The notes: generated by a model not told the origin, from the letters alone. DNA of 64,000 bases from Octopus vulgaris (GCA_951406725.2 OX597843.1:868001-932000), one strand, 5' to 3'. Counted from the stretch's first letter, positions 42,135-56,237 are shown. Translations and numbers: made by a program.

Positions 42135-43387
42135 ACATGAGGTGACAAGGGAATAAACGATTATCATATGAAGTCCATTAGCTTACAGGCGTTTCTGCTG
42201 TGGGATGCCATGCTCTCATAGTTGAGTGGTTGAGTAACAACTTCGGAAGTGCAATACATTTTTCAGCTGTTGTTATTGCAGATGTAGCTACTGCGGGTGT
42301 TGTTCCTTCAGTTGTTGTTGTTTTTGCAACTCGAGGGAACCCACCAACAAATTTCCCATAATTTTACGATCTAATTTCGTGAAATTCGCTCAACAAAAAC
42401 TGCTGTGAGTTTGTTAACTCCTCTTTGAGTTTCTATTAACTTCACGAGAATTGGTTTATCCTCGTCAAGTTTATTAATTCCTACTTGTGAAGACCTGTTG
42501 AGGCAAGTGAGGATCAGAATCGAAATCGATCAATGGAAATTGCAGATGTGTTACCAGTGCCGGTGGCATGTAAGAGAACCTTCCCTTTCGCGACCGTTGC
42601 CAGCACCGCCCCGTTTCGTGTCTGTTGCCAGCCTCGCCCGGCCCTCGTGCCGGTGGCACATAAAAAGCACCATCCGTTCGTGGCCGTTTGCCAGCTCTGT
42701 CTGGTACCTGTGCAGGTGGCACGTAAAAAGCACCCAATACACTCTCGGAGTGGTTGGCGTTAGGAAGGGCATCCAGCCGTAGAAACACTGCCAGATTTGA
42801 CTGGGCCTGATGAAGCCTTCTGGCTTCACAGACCCCAGTAGAACCGTCCAACCCATGCTAGCATGGAAAACGGACGCTAAACGATGATGATGATGATGAT
42901 GATGTCACAAGTTGCTTAAATCCTCGTCACCACTGTTGTACTCCTTATAGATGCTGGACTATTATAATTCCACTTCGATACACAGTACACTTAGTAAAAC
43001 CAATAAAGACACGACTATCTTTTCGTCTACTACGTACTCTCCTATTCATAGCGACTAAGCCATACCACTTGTCACGCAGGTGGAGTATATCATTATTACT
43101 AATTCCTTACATCATATGTGTGTATGCATGTATACTAGCTTAAAAGCCACCCTGTAGGAGTCCATAAAGTAAAGACCAGTTGGCATTGATGTAATCGACT
43201 TATCCCCTCAGATCATTATTATTATTATTTTTATTAATATTACTATTATCATTATTATTGTTGTTGTTATCATTATTATTATTATTATTATTATTATCAT
43301 TATTATTATTATTATTACTATTATTATTATTATTATTATTATTATCATTATTGTTATTGTTATTAAGGATACATGTACATACATACC

Positions 43388-43418
<31 letters not shown>

Positions 43419-43459
43419 GGATACAAATATACATACACACACATACACATACATACATA

Positions 43460-45655
43460 TCATCATCATCATCATCATCGTTTAACGTCCGTTTTCCGCG
43501 CTAGCACGGGTTGGACGGTTCGACCGGGGTCTGGGAAGCCAGGGGCTGCTCCAGGCTCCAGTCTGATCTGGCAGAGTTTCTACGGCTGGATGCCCTTCCT
43601 AACGCCAACCACTCCGCGTGTGTAGTGGGTGCTTTTTACATGCCACCTGCACAGGTGCCAGGGGGGGTCCGGCATCGGTCACGATCAGTTGGAGCTTTTA
43701 ACGTGCCAGCGGCACGGAAGCCAGCCAAGGCGGCACTGGCAACGTTCGGATGGTCTTTTTATGTGCCACCGGCACAGGAGCCAGTCGGGGCGGCGCTGGC
43801 ATCGGCCACGTTCAGATGGTGCTTTTTATGTGCCACCGGTACAGAAGCCAGTCGGGGCGGCGCTGGCATCGGCCACGTTCAGATAGTGCTTTTTATGTGC
43901 CACCGGCACAGGCATCACAACTACTATTTCCTTTGATATTTATTTCGACGTTCATGTTCATGTACTTGACTCAACAGGTCTCCTCAAGCACAGCGGGACG
44001 TTCTGGGATCCGGGGTACTTTGAATGGGCAGGGGCTATGCGGAACTGATGCAGGAAGCAGCCCGGGTCTTTGCAGTCACAGCATATCTCCAGAGATCTCG
44101 GTCCTTCGCCATTGCCTCAGTGAGGCCCAACGCTCTGAGGTCATGCTTGACTACCTCATCCCATGTCTTCCTGGGTCTACCTCTCCCCGTGATACCTTCA
44201 ACTGTTTGGGAGTGGCACTTCTTCACACATCTCTCCTCATCCATCCGCAGCACATGACCATACCATCGCAAGCGTCGCTCTTGCACACCACATCTGATGC
44301 TTCTTATATCCAGCATTTCTCTCAGGGTGCTTACACTCTATCGTGCGTGCACACTGACATTACACATCCAGCGGATCATGCTAGCTTCATTTCTTTCAAG
44401 ACTACGCATGTCCTCTGCAGTCACAGCCCATGTTTCACTACCGTGGAGCATGGCAGTTTGCACACATGCATCATACAATCTACCTTTCGCTCTGAGGGAG
44501 AGACCCTTTGTCGCCAGTAGGGGTAGGAGCTTTCTGAACTTTGCCCAGGCTATTCGTATTCTAGTGGTGATACTCTCTGTGCATCCACCTCCACTACTAA
44601 CTTGGTCACCCAGGTAGTGGAAACTATCAACTACTTCTAGTTTCTCTCCCTGGAGTGTGATGGAATCTGTTTTCTGAGTGTCTGTTGTGTCTATTGTCCC
44701 TGTGCATCTGCTGCACATGAAAGCTATCTTATCTGTTAATTTCCCTTTAATGTTGCTGCACCTCTTGTGCGTCCATAGCTTACATTGGGTGCATCTTATG
44801 GAGTTTCTACCTACATCTTTCCTACATATCGAGCAGGGCCACCTGCCCGAGGGAGGTGTGCTGAGTTCGCCTTTCTGATTACTATAACTTTGGTCTTTGC
44901 TACATTTACTCTAAGGCCCTTTGATTCTAACCCTTGCTTCCACACCCGAAATTTCTTTTCTAGTTCCGGTAGTGATTCTGCTATGAGAGCCAGGTCATCA
45001 GCATAGAGGAGCTCCCAGGGGCATCCTGTTTTGAATTCCTCTGTTATTGCCTGGAGGACTATGATAAATAAAAGGGGACTGAGGGCTGAGCCTTGGTGCA
45101 CACCTACTTCTACCCGGAATTCTTCACTATATTCATTGCCAATCCTAACCTTGCTGACAGCCTCTCTGTATAGAGCCTGTACAGCCCTTATTAGCCATTC
45201 GTCAATCTCCAGTTTCTGCATCGACCACCAGATAAGGGAACGGGGAACCCTGTCAAAGGCTTTCTCCAAGTCCACAAAAGCTATGTAGAGGGGTTTATCT
45301 TTAGCTAGGTACTTCTCCTGCAGTTGTCGGACCAGGAATATAGCATCAGTGGTGCTTCTACCCGGCACAAAACCGAACTGCATTTCATCTAAGCAAATTC
45401 TCTCCCTAATGAGATGGGTTATGACCCTCTCTGTGACCTTCATCACCTGATCCAACAGTTTGATACCCCTGTAGTTATTTCTATCTAGAGCATTACCCTT
45501 ACCCTTGTAGCAGTTGACTATGGTGCTGCTACGCCAGTCATTGGGTATGACTCCATTATGAACTACCTGGTTTACAATGCGGGTGACTAGGCCATAGCCC
45601 ATATAGCCAGCTGTTTTAAGCATCTCAGCAGAGATTCCTGATGGGTCGGGGGGCT
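43460..45655 (-). mobile_element. 5'-truncated RTE-clade LINE (RT pseudogene + 3' UTR + (GAT)n tail)
   Basis: NYRGIKLL, QFGFVPGRSTTDAIF, AFVDLEKAFDRV, GVHQGSALSPLLF, LLYADDLAL, FHYLG, HGSETW, RLRWYGHV, GRGRPRKTW, DRDLWR; frameshift near 44860 and in-frame TAG at 44338-44340; ORF ends 44035. Confidence 0.96.
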
Positions 45656-45680
45656 TTACATATATGTATACATATATGTA

Positions 45681-45723
<43 letters not shown>

Positions 45724-46579
45724 GTATATATGCATACATATATGTATGTATATATATATATATATACATGCAAGCCAGAGAACAAACGAACAAAAATAGC
45801 ACTCAAAACATTTAACTGTAATTAGAAGTGCCTAATGATAGCAGATTGACTCAGTTCCTTGTTAAGTAGGGCACTTTAACTCCATCAAGAATTGGGTCAT
45901 TGTATTATTAACTTTATATATGTATGTATGTATGTGTGTGTGTGTATGTGTGTGTGTGTGTGTGCGTGTGTAGGTACATAAATGTATGAATATATATATT
46001 CTTTCATTCTTTTACTTGTTTCAGTCATTTGACTGCGGCCATGTTGGAGCATCGCCTTTAGTTGACAAAGCGAACCCAGGACTTATTCTTATGTAAGTCT
46101 AGTACTTGTTCTATCGGACTCTTTTGCTAAACTGCTAAATTATGGGGATGTAAGCACACCAACATCGGTTCTCGAGTGATGGTTGGGGTACAAATACATA
46201 CATACATACATTCATACATACATACATATATATACATACATACATACATTCATACATACATACATACATGCATGCATACATGCATGCATGCATGCATACA
46301 TGCATGCATGCATACATACATACATTCATACATACATACATACATACATACATACATACATAAATTCATACATACATACATATATATATATACATACATA
46401 CATTCATACATACATATATATACATACATACATACATTCATACATACATACATACATGCATGCATGCATACATGCATGCATACATACATACATACATACA
46501 TACATTCATACATACATACATACATGCATACATGCATACATACATACATACATACATACATTCATACATACATTCATAC

Positions 46580-46643
<64 letters not shown>

Positions 46644-46905
46644 TGTCTTACATCCTTTACAGTGTTCACACAGCATTAAGGAGCAGTTCTGATGCCATTT
46701 TCACACCTGTAACAAATCATTACTTCTCAAGTAACCTTTTCCCAAAATTCAGGTGGTTTAAAAGCAGCAAGCTGCCAAAATTGTTAGCATATCTACCAAA
46801 AAACAGCATGTCTTTACATTGTGAGTTCAAATCCTGCCAAGGTTGATTTTGTATTTTATCCTTTCGGGATTGATAAAATAAGTACCAGCTGAACACTGGG
46901 ATTAA

Positions 46906-47378
46906 ACCTTTCGTTACCAAACCCGCTGAAACCAGCTCTGACTCTGTAGTACAAATGTCTTGTTTTCATAAGTTCTGAATTAAAATCTTCCACCAAGCCT
47001 TAGTCACAATTTATGTTCCTAAAAACTAGCTTTAATTATAACTAAGTTATTTTACTAAATTCTTTGTTGTATTTAAAATAAATTGAATGAAACACAGAGC
47101 ATCTCAACAGAAGAAATATGGTAACAAAAGGGTTAAAGTCATCATGATATTTTTAACCCTTTTGTTACCAACCTGGCTGAAATCACCTCTGGTTCTGTAG
47201 TACAAATGTCTTGTTTTCATAAGTTCTGAATTAAAATCTTCCACCAAACCTTAGTCACAATTTATGTTCCTAACACTAGCTTAATGATAATTAAGTTATT
47301 TTACTAAATTCTTTACTATATCTAAAATTAATTAAAACAAACACAGAGCATCTCTAAATAAATACAGTAACAAAACGG
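46906..47378 (+). mobile_element. Two adjacent piggyBac-type MITE copies (46906-47132, 47157-47378)
   Basis: TTAA at 46902, 47133, 47153, 47379; TIR-like ccttt(c/t)gttac / gtaacaaaa(g/c)gg; ~225-bp similar bodies. Confidence 0.88.
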
Positions 47379-47511
47379 TTAAAGGCAGCAAGCAGGCAGA
47401 ATTGTTAGCATGTCAGTCAAAATACTTAGGGGCATTTCATCTGACTTTATGTTGTGAGTTCAAATCCTCCAAATAGATTTTGCATTTTATTTTTTTCAGG
47501 ATTGATAAAAT

Positions 47512-47904
47512 GGATTCTTGGAAGCACTCCGTCGGTTACGACGACAAGGGTTCCGGTTGATCCGATCAACGGAACAGGCTGCTCATGAAATTAACGTGTA
47601 AGTGGCTGAGCACTCCACAGACACGTGTACCCTTAGCATAGTTCTCAGGGATATTCAGCGTGACACAGAGAGTGACAAGGCCGGCCCTTTGAAATACAGG
47701 TACAACAGAAACAGGAAGTAAGAGTGAGAGAAAGTTGTGGCGAAAGAGTACAGCAGGGATCACCACCATCCCCTGCCGGAACCTCGTGGAGCTTTTTAGG
47801 TGTTTTCGCTCAATAAACACTCACAACGCCTGGTCTGGAAATCGAAACCGCGATCCTATGACCGCGAGTCCGCTGCCCTAACCACTGGGCCATTGCACCT
47901 TCAC
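47512..47904 (-). mobile_element. SINE family D nested in a SINE B copy
   Basis: 9-bp TSD tgataaaat at 47503-47511 and 47905-47913. Confidence 0.92.
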
Positions 47905-48308
47905 TGATAAAATAAGTACCAGTTGATCACTGGAGTTTAATGCAATCGATGTAAAAATCCCTCCTCCGAAATTGCTGGCCTTGTGCTAAAATTTGAAGCC
48001 AATGTTCAGATGCCTTCCAGTTCTTCTTCTTAGGTGACTTTTTCTCAACTACATCTTAAATCTTCATGCTCTCCACTGCTTTAGACTCTTCCCCAATACA
48101 TCAAGCTCTTCTTGAAAGATGGTGGCATAAAAACAATCATCAAATTTAAGCCTAAACACCCGGTGCGAAAGCATATGCATGTGTGTGTGTGTGTGTGTGT
48201 GTTTGCAAGTGTGTGTGTATCTCTCTCTATATATATATTCATACATACATATACATATATATGTAGATATATGTATGTATATATATGTTTATATATATAT
48301 ATATATAT

Positions 48309-48340
<32 letters not shown>

Positions 48341-48425
48341 CGCATACACACACACATATATATATACACACACATATATATTTACATCTATCTATCTATC
48401 TATCTATATATATATATATATATAT

Positions 48426-48460
<35 letters not shown>

Positions 48461-48461
48461 C

Positions 48462-48508
<47 letters not shown>

Positions 48509-50048
48509 TATACATATGTATACATATACATATATACATGTATATACACATATATATACACACACACGTATGTGTGTATGTATATATTGTATGTATACAC
48601 ACACACATACACACACACACATACACACACACACATACACACACACACATATAAATACACATGCATATATATATACGCACATATACATATACACATACAC
48701 CTGTATGCGTTAGCCATGATGTAAGCCACTGCTTCGTCTGAAATTTCTTCATTCATACCAGTACATACCCACCAGCAATGCAATCAACATCAGAAAACAT
48801 TTCAAAACATAGGAAAACATTTACTCATTTGAAAAAAACTCATTTAGAGCAATTATGCAAATTAGGACAACATTTTGACAAAAAAAAAATTTTTCCCAGA
48901 ACATTCGTTAAAAAATTTTAGAGTGAAATTTTGTTCTATGTTCTCCACTTCTTTCTCGCTTTCTTTCTTTATTTTATTTATTTCTTTATTTACATATTTG
49001 TTTGTTTTTTGGCATTTTTTATGAGCTTCCGCTGGTATCTTTTTTTTCTTTTTCTGTATTTCATGGATGTAAGAATTCTGAAGGAATCAACATGTCCTGG
49101 AAGAAAATTAGAATTGTCAGCATCATTTTTTAAAGAAATTTTCCCAAAATATAAGGAATTCACATACTCTTTACTCTTTTACTCTTTTACTTGTTTCAGT
49201 CATTTGACTGCGGCCATGCTGGAGCACCGCCTTTAGTCGAGCAAATCGAACCCCGGGACTTATTCTTTGTAAGCCCAGTACTTATTCTATTGGTCTCTTT
49301 TGCCGAACCGCTAAGTGACGGGGACGTAAACACACCAGCATCGGTTGTCAAGCAATGCTAGGGAGACAAACACAGACACACAAACACACACACACATACA
49401 TACATATATATATATACATATATACGACGGGCTTCTTTCAGTTTCCGTCTACCAAATCCACTCACAAGGCATTGGTCGGCCCGAGGCTATAGTAGAAGAC
49501 ACTTGCCCAAAGTGCCACGCAGTGGGACTGAACCCGGAACCATGTGGTTGGTAAGCAAGCTACTTTCCACACAGCCACTCCTGCGCCATGATCGTATTTA
49601 TTTTCAAAGTTTAAATACACCTGAGTGAGACCAGGTATAGCTAGCTGCCACTATCCATAATCATATATAAAATTAAATTAAGCAACAGGATATCAAACAG
49701 TGATGCACTACGACCGTTTCAAGCAGCACCCTTTAATTGAACAATGCAATTATTACCCCAATTTAAATGCAGTGCCATCTTCAGGTTGACTTGGTGCTTC
49801 AACTTAAGTACCTAACCCAACTGAATCTCAATTATTTCATATTCATATATATGCAAACTGTCAAATTTAGCCTGAACCCACACACACACACAAACACATA
49901 TACATACATATATATATATGTGTGTGTGTATATATATGTGTAAATTAACAGAATTGACAATAATTCAAGGCTACTCTTTTACTCTTTTACTTGTCAATTC
50001 TATCCAGACTCTGGATAGAATTGACATATCGGTTCCATTCTAGCAAAA

Positions 50049-50082
50049 ATTGTCCGACGAACGGGAACGTGAAACTCAGAGT
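50049..50082 (+). ncRNA. Hammerhead-like motif (core CCGACGA), same family as 31213-31246
   Basis: attgt-CCGACGA-acg(ggaa)cgt-GAAA-c-TC-agagt; stem III reduced, stem I imperfect. Confidence 0.45.
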
Positions 50083-50206
50083 AACAGGTTTTGTTGAATT
50101 TTCTGCTGCTTTAAATAAAGCATATTACTCTACCCCTGGTATTTGAGTACTCTTTTTTCCACCTTGTTTCACATTCATGTGTTTACTCCGGTACATATAT
50201 ATATAT

Positions 50207-50241
<35 letters not shown>

Positions 50242-50268
50242 GGTGTTTTTATGCCACCTATATATCGG

Positions 50269-50302
<34 letters not shown>

Positions 50303-50561
50303 TATATATATACACTTCTTTCTGTTTCCCTCTACCATATTCATTTATACAATACTGGTTGTCCCACTGGCCCAGAGCTATAGTAGAAGACACTTGCCTA
50401 AGGTGTCATGTGTGTATGTGTGTGCATATGTATGTATAAGGATGTATATGTATAAATATATGTGCGTATAATATATATATATATATAGAGAGAGGGGGGG
50501 ACAGACAGACAGAAAGAAAGAAAGATGTATACATATGTGTCTGTGTGTGTGCATGAGTGTG

Positions 50562-50603
<42 letters not shown>

Positions 50604-51094
50604 GGAGAGTGTTCTAGAAAGAAAAACTAAGAACATCTTAAAAGCATCCAATTTCAGCCCCCCACCACCACCACCCCACTCTACCCCACTTCCACCACCA
50701 CCACCACCACCACCACTATATCACTCCACCCCTGAAACACGGCAACAGACACACTGGAAAAATTTACTGATTAGAAAAATAATTTATTTAGAAAGTAATT
50801 ATGTAAATTAATACAGTATTTTTGAAAAATAACACAATAAAAACAGGAAAAGAACAGAAAATCTAAGACTAAAATCTTGCTTTTGATTCTATATTTGTTT
50901 ATTAATTTTGCTGTTGTTGCTGTTGTTGTTGTTGTTGTTGTTGTTGTTATCATTATTTAAGACAGCAAGTTGGCAGAATCATTAGCATGCCAGGCGAAAT
51001 GCTTTGCAGTGGTTCACCCGTCAGTATATTCTGAGTTCAAATTCTGCCAAGGTCAACTTTACTTTTCATTCTTTCAGGGTCAATAAATTAAGTA

Positions 51095-52005
51095 CCTATT
51101 TCTTTACTACCCACAGGGGGCTAAACACAGAGAGGACAAACAAGGACAGACAAACGGATTAAGTCGATTATATCGACCCCCAGTGCGTAACTGGTACTTA
51201 TTTAATCGACCCTGAAAGGATGAACTCAGAACGTAGCGGCAGACGAAATACCTATTTCTTTACTACCCAGAAGGGGCTAAACACAGAGGGAACAAACAAG
51301 GACAGACATAGGTATTAAGTCGATTATATCGACCCCAGTGCATAACTGGTACTTAATTTATCGACCCCGAAAGGATGAAAGGCAAAGTCGACCTCGGCGG
51401 AATTTGAACTCATACCTATTTCTTCACTACCCACATGGGGCTAAACACAGAGGGGACAAACAAGGACAGAAAAACGGATTAAGTCGATTATATTGACCCC
51501 AGTGCGTAACTGGTACTTATTTAATCGACCCCGAAAGGATGAAAGGCAAAGTAGACCTCGGCGGAATTTGAACTCAGAACGTAGCGGCAGACGAAATGCC
51601 TATTTCTTCACTACCCACAAGGGGCTTAACACAGAGGGGACAAACGGATTAAGTCGATTATATCGACCCACAGTGCGTAACTGGTACTTATTTAATCAAC
51701 CCCGAAAGGATGAACGGCAAAGCCAACCTTAGCGGAATTTGAACTCAGAACGTAGCGGCAGACGAAATACCTATTTCTTTACTACCTACAAGGGGCAAAA
51801 AACACAGAGAGGACAAACAAGGACAGACAAACGGATTAAGTCGATTATATCGACCTCCAGTGCGTAACTGCTACTTATTTAATCAACCCCGAAAGGATGA
51901 AAAGCAAAGTTGACCTCGGCAGAATTTGAACTCAGAACGTAGCGGCAGACGAAATACCGCTAAGCATTTCGCCTGGCATGCTAACGTTTCTGCCGGCTCG
52001 CCACC
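51095..52005 (-). mobile_element. Concatemeric SINE B array (~5 units) fused to an oppositely oriented SINE B (50960-51095)
   Basis: Repeated gacgaaatacctatttctt junction; head at about 51955-52005. Confidence 0.92.
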
Positions 52006-52350
52006 TAAAAATAACAATAAATTAAGTACCTATGAAATGCTGGGGTTGATGTAATTGACTGGTCCTCCCCAAACTAAATTGCAGACCTTGTGCCTATAGT
52101 AGAAAGGATTATTATAATTTTTATTTCGGCCTCATGAGGGCGATGATGAGTGACGGAGACCATTTGAGATATGCCATGCTTGAGAAAACCCAGCAAGCCA
52201 AGTGAGACCATAACAATGGCCTATACCAGTGCAGCATAACTGTCCCATTTAAGAGTGCTCTTTAAACATTGGACTATAATCTGTACTTGCGAAGACCTGT
52301 TGAGTCAAGTGATGTGGTTGTCGTGGCTGATGCCAGTACCGTGTGACTGG

Positions 52351-53085
52351 TCATCAAATCTAAGTAGAGACTTCAAACTTAAAATCTTCAAAGCCACAGT
52401 CGAACCAATTCTACTCTATGGCTCAGAAACCTGGACGTTATCAAAGAAGCTTGAGAGATAGTTGGATGAAACCTACACTCGCCTCCTTATGAGAGCTCAA
52501 AATCTCTCGTGGAAGCGCCATCCAACCAAAATGCAAATATATGGGAAACTACCACCTGTGTCATATCTTGTGAAAGGTAGGAGAGTCCAGTTTGCTGGAC
52601 ATTGTTGTAGAGCTGAAAACGAGGCAATTTCTCCTCTTCTCCTCTTGAAGCCATCTGCTCACGATACCAGTCAAACCAGTTCTACTATATGGCTCAGAAA
52701 CCTGGACGTTATCAAAGAAGCTTGAGAGGCGGTTGGATGGAACCTACACTCGCCTCCTTATGAGAGCTCAAAATCTCTCATGGAAGCGTCATCCAACCAA
52801 AATGCAAATATATGGGAAACTACCACCTGTGTCATCTCTTGTGAAAGGTAGGAGAGTCCAGTTTGCTGGACATTGTTGTAGAGCTGAAAAAGAGGTAATT
52901 TCTACTCTTCTCCTCCGGAAGCCTTCTACTCGCAATACCAGAGGGCGCACACTCTCCTACCCTGATGTAATCTCCAGGGATACAGGCATCCAGCAACAGG
53001 ACCTCCGTAATGCCATGATGGACCGTGAAGTCTGGCACAGCATGGTAAATTCCATTGTCTCGACCACGGTCGAACAATGATGATG
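52351..53085 (+). mobile_element. 5'-truncated LINE (RTE/RTE-X-like) with a ~270-bp internal duplication, inserted into an RTE 3'-UTR fragment
   Basis: KIFKATVEPILLYGSETWTL...RRVQFAGHC...AMMDREVW; (TGA)n tail; 13-bp TSD acc(g/a)tgtgactgg at 52338-52350 and 53086-53098. Confidence 0.9.
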
Positions 53086-53344
53086 ACCATGTGACTGGCA
53101 CTCGTGTCAGTGGCACATAAAAAGCACCATTTGAGTATGGTCGATGCCAGTGCCACCTGACTGGCTCCTGTGCCAGTGGCACGTAAAAAGCACCATCCAA
53201 AATATGCCATAAGGCTAAACCCTTTATGGATGGGAAACCTATGGTAATCTCATGAACGAGCCTTCCCTATTTTTAATATATATTACTCTACATCTTAGAG
53301 TGTAATTCTTTTGGATTTATGTTTTTTTGCAAACGATATATGTA

Positions 53345-53390
<46 letters not shown>

Positions 53391-53429
53391 TGTGTGTACA
53401 AGGTTGAAAATGAACACACGAGTTGATAT

Positions 53430-53880
53430 ATATATATGGAAAAAAATTCAAGGTAGAAAATGCTAAAGTAATTTTATAAAATACATTTCAGTACCGGTTT
53501 CGGTCATTGAGACTTTTTCAACTGTAAGTATGGAAAACAATTAAATTTTGGAAAAATTAAATGAAAAGTTTTCTAAAAGAATATTTGCATAGTATTCAAA
53601 TACAAGAGGCATTTTCCTTGTTTCTGCCTGTCTCTCGAACCCACAAGAGTAAACAAGACAGAGACAGAGACAGCCAAACACAAGGAAAATGCCCCCTGAA
53701 TTTGAATACTATGCAAATATTCTTTTAGAAAACTTTTCATTTAATTTTTCCAAAATTTAATTGTTTTCCATATTTACAGTTGAAAAAGTTTCAATGACCA
53801 AAACCAGTACTGAAATGTTTTTTTATAAAATTACTTTAGCATTTTCTACCTTGACATTTTTATCCCTATATATATATATA
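53430..53880. mobile_element. Fold-back element, ~200-bp arms, in (TA)n, each arm carrying a hammerhead motif
   Basis: 53445-53635 is the imperfect reverse complement of about 53665-53860. Confidence 0.9.
53489..53524 (-). ncRNA. Minimal hammerhead motif with U3-A8 core (UUGAAAA); mutated mirror copy at 53777-53812(+)
   Basis: Minus strand: cag-TTGAAAA-a-gtc(tcaat)gac-c-GAAA-ccgg-TA-ctg. Confidence 0.65.
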
Positions 53881-54073
53881 TAGTTATCCCAGTAAATGAC
53901 CGCAGCATTTTGTCTTGGCTACACGCGGGTGGAAGGGGGCTGGTGACACAAACTTTCATTCAAACTTTGAATTTCGTGGTACTGGTCATGCTTTGGCTCG
54001 CTCTGACACTGAGTTGAGATGATGACTTCTAGTATCTCAAAATTTAATATACAATTATTCATAATTGTAGTAT

Positions 54074-54165
54074 CCTGCGCCGATGAGAAAAGAAGTTTGG
54101 GTAAAGTAGAATTTTCTAATTCTTATGCTCTCCTAAAACTTGATTTCGAAACGTACGTCCGTAGG
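54074..54165 (+). ncRNA. Type-I hammerhead motif with long stem II, in a pLTR-like element 53883-54358 flanked by (TA)n
   Basis: cctgcg-CCGATGA-gaaa...tttc-GAAA-cgtacg-TC-cgtagg; 6-bp stem I, palindromic CGTACG, GUC triplet. Confidence 0.75.
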
Positions 54166-54371
54166 TAACTTAAAATTGTATGATAGATTGCCATCATTTC
54201 ATTCTTTCTTTCTTACCTGTCTGTGTTTGCCTTTTAAGTGCTGTGTTTTTACTGAGATCCCCCTTTTAGTAGAAGGAATAGCTATACCTCTTTGACTGCT
54301 ATTTCTAAATTCGGTGTGTTGGTGAGGCAATTCGTTGCTAAACCCTTAATTACTTAGTATATATATATATG

Positions 54372-54419
<48 letters not shown>

Positions 54420-54579
54420 TTATCATCATCATCGTTTAACATCCGCTTTCCATGCTAGCATGGGTTGGACGATTTGACTGAGGTCTGGTGAACCAGATGG
54501 CTGCACCAGACTCCAATCTGATCTGGCAGAGTTTCTACAGCTGGATGCCCTTCCTAACGCCAACCACTCATACATATAC

Positions 54580-54763
<184 letters not shown>

Positions 54764-55273
54764 GTATATATATGATGTGCTTCTTTCAGTTTCTATCTAC
54801 CACATCCACTGCCAAGATTTTGGTTGGCCTGAGGCTATAGTAGAAGACACTTGTTTAGGGTGTCACATGGTGGCACTGAACTCAGAACCATGTGGTTCAG
54901 AAGGAAACTTCTTACCACACAGCCACACCTGGGCCTATGTACATACTCATGCATGAGCTAGCAAAAGTGATCTCCGTATTGTAGTTAGAGAAGCTGGAAA
55001 TAACAATCAAACCCCCCTCAGATCACAGTCTATCACTATAAAGAAAAACAATATGGTTTTAGAGGTGAACGCATTGGTTAATGCCTGAGGTCTTGGGTTT
55101 GTTACACATAGGAGGAGTGGCTGTGTGGTAAGTAGCTTGTTTACTGACCACATGGTTCTGGGTTCAAGTCCCACTGCGTGGCACCTTGGGCAAGTGTCTT
55201 CTACTATAGCCTCAGGCCGACCAAAGCCTTGTCAGTGGATTTGGTAGATGGAAACTGAAAGAAGCCCGTCGTA

Positions 55274-55317
<44 letters not shown>

Positions 55318-56183
55318 TGTGTGTGTGTTTGTGTGTCCGTGTTTGTCCCCCTAGCATTGCTTGACAACCGATGCTGGTGTGTTTATGTCCCCGTTACTTA
55401 GCGGTTCGGCAAAAGAGACCGATAGAATAAGTACTGGGCTTACAAAAGAATAAGTCCCGGGGTCGAGTTGCTCGTTTAAAGGCGGTGCTCAGGCATGGCA
55501 GCAGTCAAATGACTGAAACAAGTAAAAGCGTAAAGAGTAAAGAGTATAGACAAAAGTACAGGAGAGTCATGGATGGCCTCGTTTTGATGATAGGTCTGCT
55601 TACTCAAGGCTGACCAAGGGCTAAATAACAATAGCAACAACAACAATCACACCACACCGACGTCGTTAGTGAAGACCAATTTGAAAGAGACGCTTTAAAT
55701 TGGTAGGCAGCCAAATCTCTTGCAGGCAATCTGCCGGTCTTTATGTAGCGGTGGCCAGCAGTGGAATTTTTATGGTTGCTTTTGAAACGAAATTTTTGGG
55801 GCTTGGAGTGGTGGAAGAGGTTACTGTGGAGCAAAAGCATGTGTGTTTATGTGTGTGTGTATATGTATGTATGTGTGTATATGTTTTTGTGTATGTGTGA
55901 GTGGAACTGCGTGCATGTGTGCAAGGTGTATATGTGTACCTGTGTGTGCATGTGTGTATAAGAGTGTGTATGAGTGTATATGTTTGTGTGTATGTATGTG
56001 TGTGTTTATGAACTTGTGTGTATGCATGCGGTGCTGTGAGTATATGTCTATGTATATGTGTGTGTGTGTATACATGTATGAATGTGTATGTTTGTGTAAA
56101 AGTGTTTGTGTGACTATGCATATATGCATGTGTATATATGTTATATATGTGAGTGTGTAGTTATGTGTAGCTGGATGTGTGTG

Positions 56184-56237
<54 letters not shown>

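Noticed and set aside
42175-42275. Additional minus-strand hammerhead (GAAA-cgcctg-TA-agc)
   Set aside because: Core and palindrome too degenerate to support.
48700-48785. Protein-like minus-strand stretch [18 protein letters not shown] as an exon
   Set aside because: Weak acceptor, poor donor (GTGTAT) and no recognisable homology.
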